NCBI GenBank assembly: GCA_022729335.1
Contig: JALDAE010000002.1
Location: 1 to 50,720, forward strand
Source of the DNA: Candidatus Nanoanaerosalina halalkaliphila
GTDB lineage: Archaea > Nanohalarchaeota > Nanosalinia > Nanosalinales > Nanoanaerosalinaceae
Reading direction: 5' to 3'
Length of the DNA stretch: 50,720 bases
Shown here piece after piece: positions 45,805-50,720 of the stretch (position 1 is the first letter of the stretch; every line of letters starts with the position of its first letter). The notes below the pieces were generated by a model, which was not told the origin of the DNA, searched no databases, and saw only the letters and a program-made list of their open reading frames with translations. The position numbers and the translations under genes were made by a program.

Positions 45805-48800
45805 CTAGTTAACCGGTTCAGAAAAGGAAAAACTGATTTTTAGTCCTTTGAACTCAACTTCACCAGTTTTTGACAGCTCTTCACCACCAAATACAACTTC
45901 ATCAAGGTTTATCCTTTTCTCGAGTAGATCCTTGTTGTCCTTTACAGGCTCATAATCTCCTTTAATGTTTAACTTTACTTTGTCAGACACTTCTAATTCT
46001 TCCTCCTTTCTCTTTTGTTGTATGGCTCTCACAACTTCCCTGACAAAGGATTTGTTCTTTATTTCCTCCGTCATGTTCAAATCAAGATACAGCCTTCCAC
46101 CGGAGAACTCTTTGCCTCTCACGTTTTCCGAGGTTTCCTTCACTATTTCTACATCTTCCTCCTCCACTTCGAAACCATCTATCCTTATAGTGCCCGTGTC
46201 CCGAAGCTGCTCAACATCGGAGTGATCCAGTCCCTCGAGAAGGTTTGCGACTTTCTCGGCTTTTTCGCCAAACTTGGGGCCTATACTGGAGTAATCAGGT
46301 CTGGCTTTCAGGCTAGTGGAGACTTCTCCGAACTCAAACTCTTCTACATTTGCCATGTCCTTGATTATGTAGATCAGATCGTTTAGATTGTACTTTACTT
46401 CATCTTCAGTAGACACTATCATTTTCTTGGCCGGCCATCTCAAACTGTACTGCTTTTCATCCCTTATTTTAACAGCTTTCTGAACCATCTCTCTCACGAG
46501 TTCCATCGATTCCTCAAGCTCCCTATCCATAAACTCTTCATCAGTTATGGGGTAGCTTTCCATGTGTACAGAATCTTCTTTGCCTCCAAGATCCTGGTAG
46601 ACTTTCTCGGCGGTGTAAGGAGCTATAGGGGCAAGCAGTAGATTCGTCTTTTTGACGACTTCGTTCAGCGTCCATGCTGCTGCATCGTCTCCTTTCTTCA
46701 CCCTGTCTCTCACGACTTTGACATACCATCTTGAAAGGTCTTCAAGCACAAAGCTCTCTATTTCTCTTGTGACCTCGTGGAAAAGCGCGTTTTCCATCTT
46801 GTCGGAAACGTCTTCTATCAGATGGTTTGTTTTCGATAGTATCCATCTGTCCTCTTCTTTGAGTTCCTCCGGTCTTTCAAGTTTTTCCGGGTTCTCAACA
46901 TATGTATCAACGAACTCCTTTGTGTTGTAAAATACGGAGAAGAACCTGTATATCTCGTCCTCTATCTCTGTCTCGTCGTACTTGGTCTGTTCCCATGGAG
47001 CAGCAACCCACATCGAGTAAAAGCGTGGTATATCCGAGCCGTATTTTTCCACCTGTTCCACAGGATCCACCACATTACCAACAGATTTCGACATTTTTTT
47101 ACCTTCCTCGTCCAGCACGTGGGCCTGGAAAAGAACTTCATCGAACTGTCTGGAGTCAAAGCCAAGTATTCCGCAGAACATCAGAGAGTAGAACCATCCT
47201 CTTATCTGATCCGATGCCTCCGTTATGAAATCAACAGGGAACCTGTCCTCGGGAACATCATCGAAAGGATAATGCATCGATGCGAAAGGAGCGCATCCTG
47301 AATCAAACCACACGTCCAGTATATCCTTGACTCTTTCGTAATCTCCTCCACAGTCACACTCCCATGTTATATCGTCAACAACATGCTTGTGAGGATCAAA
47401 ATCCTCTGGAAGCGACCCTGCAAGTTCTTCGAGGCGGTCGAAACTCCCGACAACCTCTTCTTCACCACATTCCTGGCAAACCCATACAGGCACAGGAGTT
47501 CCCCAGTAGTTCTGTCGGGAAATACACCAGTCCGGGCTTTTTTCGACGAAGTTCTTGAATCTCTTCATTATATGGTCAGGAATCCAGTTGACCTCTTCCT
47601 CAGTCTCCTCAAGTATCCTCTGTTTTACCTCTTGGTTCTTTATGAACCACTGGTCTTCAGCTCTGTAAACAAGTTTGGTTTTACATCTCCAGCAATGGGG
47701 ATACTCGTGCCGGTATTTTTCAGAGTGAAGCATCAAATTCTTTTCCCTGAGTCTATCATTTATATCTTCTTCTGCATCAAATACATAAACTCCGCTGAAT
47801 TCTCCTGCCTCTTGAGTGTAAACTCCTTCTTTATCCACAGGAGAGTAAACAGGTATATCAAGTTTCATCGCTTCTTCGTAGTCTTCCTGTCCGTGCCCGG
47901 AGGCTGCGTGAACCAGTCCGGTTCCCTCCTCAAGTGTCACAAGTTCTTCAGATGTATGAACCCTGTGGACCTTTTCTTCCTCATCCAGCTCTTTCTGATT
48001 GGGAATTTCGTCTACGAAAGGATGCTTGTACTTCTTGCCCTGTAACTCTATTCCCTTGAAACTTCCAAGAACCTCGTATTCCTCTTCCGAATAACCTGAT
48101 TTTTCCATAACTCTTTCAACCAACTGAGAAGCTATTATCAATACTTCATTATCAACTTCAACTCTTGAATAGTCGAATTCAGGGTGTACAAATACAGCCA
48201 TGTTCGCAGGTATCGTCCATGGGGTCGTGGTCCATATAACCACTTTTTCCTCCCTGTTCTCCAGAGGGAACTTCACAAAAATAGCTGTGTCCTCAACTTC
48301 TTGGTACTCGTCTGTAACTTCGTAACCTGATAGAGAGGTCTGGCACCTAGGACACCAGTGTATAGGTTTTTCAGCCTGGAAAAGAAGTCCCTGTTCATGA
48401 GCCTTTTTTACAAGCCACCATTCGCTTTCGATATAGTCATTTGTGTATGTCAGGTACGGATCTTCAAAATCCTGCCATATGGCAAGATCTTCCATAACTC
48501 CTACCCATAGATCCTGTGCGGAGGTGGCTCTTTCCCTGCATTCCTTGATGAATTCTTCTGCAGATATGCTTTTTCCTATCTCGTTTTTATCCTCTATCTC
48601 CAGTTCTTCCTCGGTAGCGAGCTCGTTCGGTAGGCCGTGTGTGTCAAAACCTGCCTGATCCCAGACATCGTATCCCTGCATCTGTCTGAATCTAAGAACC
48701 ACGTCCTTCAGAACCTTCCCCTGCATGTGACCAACGTGTGGAGCACCGTTCAGATACGGAGGGCCGTCAATAAGAATGAATTCCTCGTTTCCCTCTGTGG

Positions 48801-48891
48801 ACTCCCTCACTTTTTCGACTATGTTGTGCTCCTTCCAGTACTGCGATATCTCCGACTGTACCTCGATGGGTTCAAAGGACATGATTATCAA
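45805..48891 (-). CDS. ileS: Isoleucyl-tRNA synthetase (archaeal/eukaryal type); start probably ATG 48882
   Basis: DGPPY..G.PHVGH, WTTTPWT, GTGLVH, YPHCWRC, DWCISRQNYWG, DQIRGWF, KMSKS. Confidence 0.96.
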   Translation of the reverse strand: MIIMSFEPIEVQSEISQYWKEHNIVEKVRESTEGNEEFILIDGPPYLNGAPHVGHMQGKVLKDVVLRFRQMQGYDVWDQAGFDTHGLPNELATEEELEIEDKNEIGKSISAEEFIKECRERATSAQDLWVGVMEDLAIWQDFEDPYLTYTNDYIESEWWLVKKAHEQGLLFQAEKPIHWCPRCQTSLSGYEVTDEYQEVEDTAIFVKFPLENREEKVVIWTTTPWTIPANMAVFVHPEFDYSRVEVDNEVLIIASQLVERVMEKSGYSEEEYEVLGSFKGIELQGKKYKHPFVDEIPNQKELDEEEKVHRVHTSEELVTLEEGTGLVHAASGHGQEDYEEAMKLDIPVYSPVDKEGVYTQEAGEFSGVYVFDAEEDINDRLREKNLMLHSEKYRHEYPHCWRCKTKLVYRAEDQWFIKNQEVKQRILEETEEEVNWIPDHIMKRFKNFVEKSPDWCISRQNYWGTPVPVWVCQECGEEEVVGSFDRLEELAGSLPEDFDPHKHVVDDITWECDCGGDYERVKDILDVWFDSGCAPFASMHYPFDDVPEDRFPVDFITEASDQIRGWFYSLMFCGILGFDSRQFDEVLFQAHVLDEEGKKMSKSVGNVVDPVEQVEKYGSDIPRFYSMWVAAPWEQTKYDETEIEDEIYRFFSVFYNTKEFVDTYVENPEKLERPEELKEEDRWILSKTNHLIEDVSDKMENALFHEVTREIESFVLEDLSRWYVKVVRDRVKKGDDAAAWTLNEVVKKTNLLLAPIAPYTAEKVYQDLGGKEDSVHMESYPITDEEFMDRELEESMELVREMVQKAVKIRDEKQYSLRWPAKKMIVSTEDEVKYNLNDLIYIIKDMANVEEFEFGEVSTSLKARPDYSSIGPKFGEKAEKVANLLEGLDHSDVEQLRDTGTIRIDGFEVEEEDVEIVKETSENVRGKEFSGGRLYLDLNMTEEIKNKSFVREVVRAIQQKRKEEELEVSDKVKLNIKGDYEPVKDNKDLLEKRINLDEVVFGGEELSKTGEVEFKGLKISFSFSEPVN

Positions 48892-48963
48892 CTTTTTCCT
48901 AATTACCTACTAATCTTTAAGTTTTTCACCCTTTAAAGAAACCGGTTAAACAAATGTGGAAAA

Positions 48964-49395
48964 TTATTTGCCCTCGGAATTCTTTTTCAAAATCTTTTCT
49001 ACCTCTTCTAAAGCATATTTTCTGGAGGTGAACCCGTAATCAGGCAGATCCTTGTCAGGTTCAAAACCCCTGAATTCTATATCCCAGAAACCGGTGTCTC
49101 TCTTGAAAACACGTATTTCAGAGTCTGTTCCTGTATGTCTCCACACATCATCGGATGTCTTTTTCCACCTGCCGGTCTTCCTGAGATCCTTTACCTGATT
49201 CGAAAACCTCCGGTTACCTTTCTTCGAAACCTCCAGCTCCTCACCTCTCTCAAATATCTCATACAATCCTCCTTTTGGCCCTTCAACAACCAGAAAGTTG
49301 TTTTTACTTTCCTTAACTTTGAGAGGTTGTTTTCTCTCGTTGAAAAGGATGAAATCTCCTTCTTCCAGGTTTTCAAAAAGTGTTTTTTTATCCAC
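48964..49395 (-). CDS. Hypothetical protein
   Basis: 143-aa ORF, host-like composition, co-directional with its neighbours. Confidence 0.65.
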   Translation of the reverse strand: MDKKTLFENLEEGDFILFNERKQPLKVKESKNNFLVVEGPKGGLYEIFERGEELEVSKKGNRRFSNQVKDLRKTGRWKKTSDDVWRHTGTDSEIRVFKRDTGFWDIEFRGFEPDKDLPDYGFTSRKYALEEVEKILKKNSEGK

Positions 49396-49425
49396 ATCAA
49401 ATAACTGGTTCCAAAACTTGATAAA

Positions 49426-50502
49426 TCAAAGAATTTCCTTCAGAATTTCAATGGGATCCCTGGTGTTTTCCCTTATCTCTTCAGGGTTTATGTTTTCCAG
49501 GGATTTGCAGAAACTTTCAAACAAATTGTCGAACTCTTCTTTTTCGTAGGGTAAAAATTTTCGGTATATTCCTGTTTTGTAGAGAGGTAGAACTCCTGGA
49601 AAAGTCTGAAAAAATTCTCTCCAGCTCGTCCCTTCACCGGTATCTTCCCAGCTCAATACCCTGGGTTTCAAAATTTCGTCAGTGTTTATCTCTCCCTCAA
49701 AAAGCTTTTTGATAGCTTCACGGCCAAGAACACCTGCGCCTTCAAGTTTTTCAGGTATGGCGCAGTGTATATCCATCTCTGAAATAACAGGTACTTCGAA
49801 CTCCCATGAAATCGAGGCCACGTTCTCAAAATCCTTGTATTTCGGATTGATACTGTTGAGAACATCCGATCCTCGGAGCTCAACAACTCCATTAATAAGT
49901 TCATGCAGTCTTCTGTACTTGCCATGAGAAACCCTGTTGAAAAAACCGGTGTACCCCGACGAGAACCCAACGGCGGAATCTATATTTCTATCATTTGCCT
50001 CTCTGTAAAACCTTCTCAACACGGTGTCAGGAATCTTGTAATGAGGTGTGAACGGATGAGCCGGCATGGCCCATTCAACTTTTTCCGCTTCATCCATAAA
50101 TTCGTCAAATGATATGTTGTAAAAAGTTCTTTCATCTTCAACAGGTACACCGCAGAGCAGAAAATGTACGTTGTATTTTTCGACCGAGCATTCAACAGAA
50201 TTAATAACAGATACTTTCCTTCCGTCAAGCTCAAAGGATGCATGACTTTCGAAAAGTTCGAATTCGCCGCCTTTTTCCACTACTCTGTCCTCCAAGCTTT
50301 CAAAAGTCTCAACGGAACTACCCCAGTGCTCTGTGATGTTAAAAACTAGGTCTATATCTTTAGGTATGCTTTCCACAAACTTTATTAAGTCTACAGCGTG
50401 GTTGTAATCACCGTAATTCCATATACCCTTAATTTCTTTCATCCTTTTATTGGATTCGTGGGTATGAAGGTGGTTGACAAATACAACTGGGTTGCTCATC
50501 AA
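49426..50502 (-). CDS. Divergent PHP-family metallophosphoesterase; start probably ATG 50499
   Basis: HLHT, ITEH, VEC...HFL, AHPF and MDIH match the order of PHP metal ligands. Confidence 0.65.
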   Translation of the reverse strand: MMSNPVVFVNHLHTHESNKRMKEIKGIWNYGDYNHAVDLIKFVESIPKDIDLVFNITEHWGSSVETFESLEDRVVEKGGEFELFESHASFELDGRKVSVINSVECSVEKYNVHFLLCGVPVEDERTFYNISFDEFMDEAEKVEWAMPAHPFTPHYKIPDTVLRRFYREANDRNIDSAVGFSSGYTGFFNRVSHGKYRRLHELINGVVELRGSDVLNSINPKYKDFENVASISWEFEVPVISEMDIHCAIPEKLEGAGVLGREAIKKLFEGEINTDEILKPRVLSWEDTGEGTSWREFFQTFPGVLPLYKTGIYRKFLPYEKEEFDNLFESFCKSLENINPEEIRENTRDPIEILKEIL

Positions 50503-50602
50503 TTATAGATGTTAAAGAGAAGTTTTTAACGGTTTTCCGAATACTGTTTTTAATCACAACCCTAATAATATTTAACCTCATATATGTTATTACTTGATAT
50601 AA

Positions 50603-50720
50603 ATGGCTAGAAAAAGAATATCTCTGACTCTGGCAGAAGAGCTTGTGGATAAAATTGACAGAGAAAAAGAGAAAAATAAGATCAACAATAGGTCCAGAGC
50701 TGTTGAAACGTTTTTGAAAG
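50603..50720 (+). CDS. Ribbon-helix-helix (CopG/NikR-like) domain protein, truncated by the window end
   Basis: Manual translation MARKRISLTLAEELVDKIDREKEKNKINNRSRAVETFLK fits the RHH pattern; not in the ORF track. Confidence 0.75.
   Translation, partial: MARKRISLTLAEELVDKIDREKEKNKINNRSRAVETFLK

Noticed and set aside
37..50349. Numerous antisense and alternate-frame ORFs rich in Ser/Phe/Leu (e.g. 37-450, 9728-10351, 20046-20771, 38369-39193)
   Set aside because: Shadow ORFs produced by the GAA/AAA-rich codons of real genes on the opposite strand.
1..50720. CRISPR arrays, transposases, integrases, rRNA, inteins, programmed frameshifts
   Set aside because: None recognised; the core genes appear intact and of expected length, except SMC and the half-GT4 discussed above.

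Overview
Chromosomal segment of a halophilic, probably DPANN (Nanohaloarchaeota-like) archaeon. This assignment is inferred from archaeal-type genes, Glu/Asp-rich proteins and many apparently leaderless TATA promoters. From left to right it holds: a phased palindrome array in a gene-free stretch; a GT4 glycosyltransferase; a surface module (catalytically dead C25/gingipain-like protein plus a lamin-tail-domain protein); rqcH; scpB-scpA-GT2-smc, where SMC has roughly half-length arms; non-discriminating aspS; rnhB; a 13-kb glycogen/glycolysis supercluster; initiator tRNA-Met followed by a ~4.7-kb island of acidic surface proteins bounded by a degenerate tRNA 3' copy; a pyruvate/2-oxoacid dehydrogenase operon; nop5-fibrillarin; DUF389; a DHH protein; YbaK; ileS; a PHP protein; and a partial RHH protein. 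The best candidate for an undescribed system is 35100-35745 on the minus strand. It is a long structured transcript containing a 132-nt tRNA-shaped RNA (7-bp acceptor stem with A1:U72, T-arm, D-stem, expanded D-loop, truncated anticodon arm) that displays anti-Shine-Dalgarno ACCUCC motifs. A small zinc-finger gene and three direct repeats complementary to the RNA's 5' end follow it. All calls come from manual motif reading; no database searches were run.
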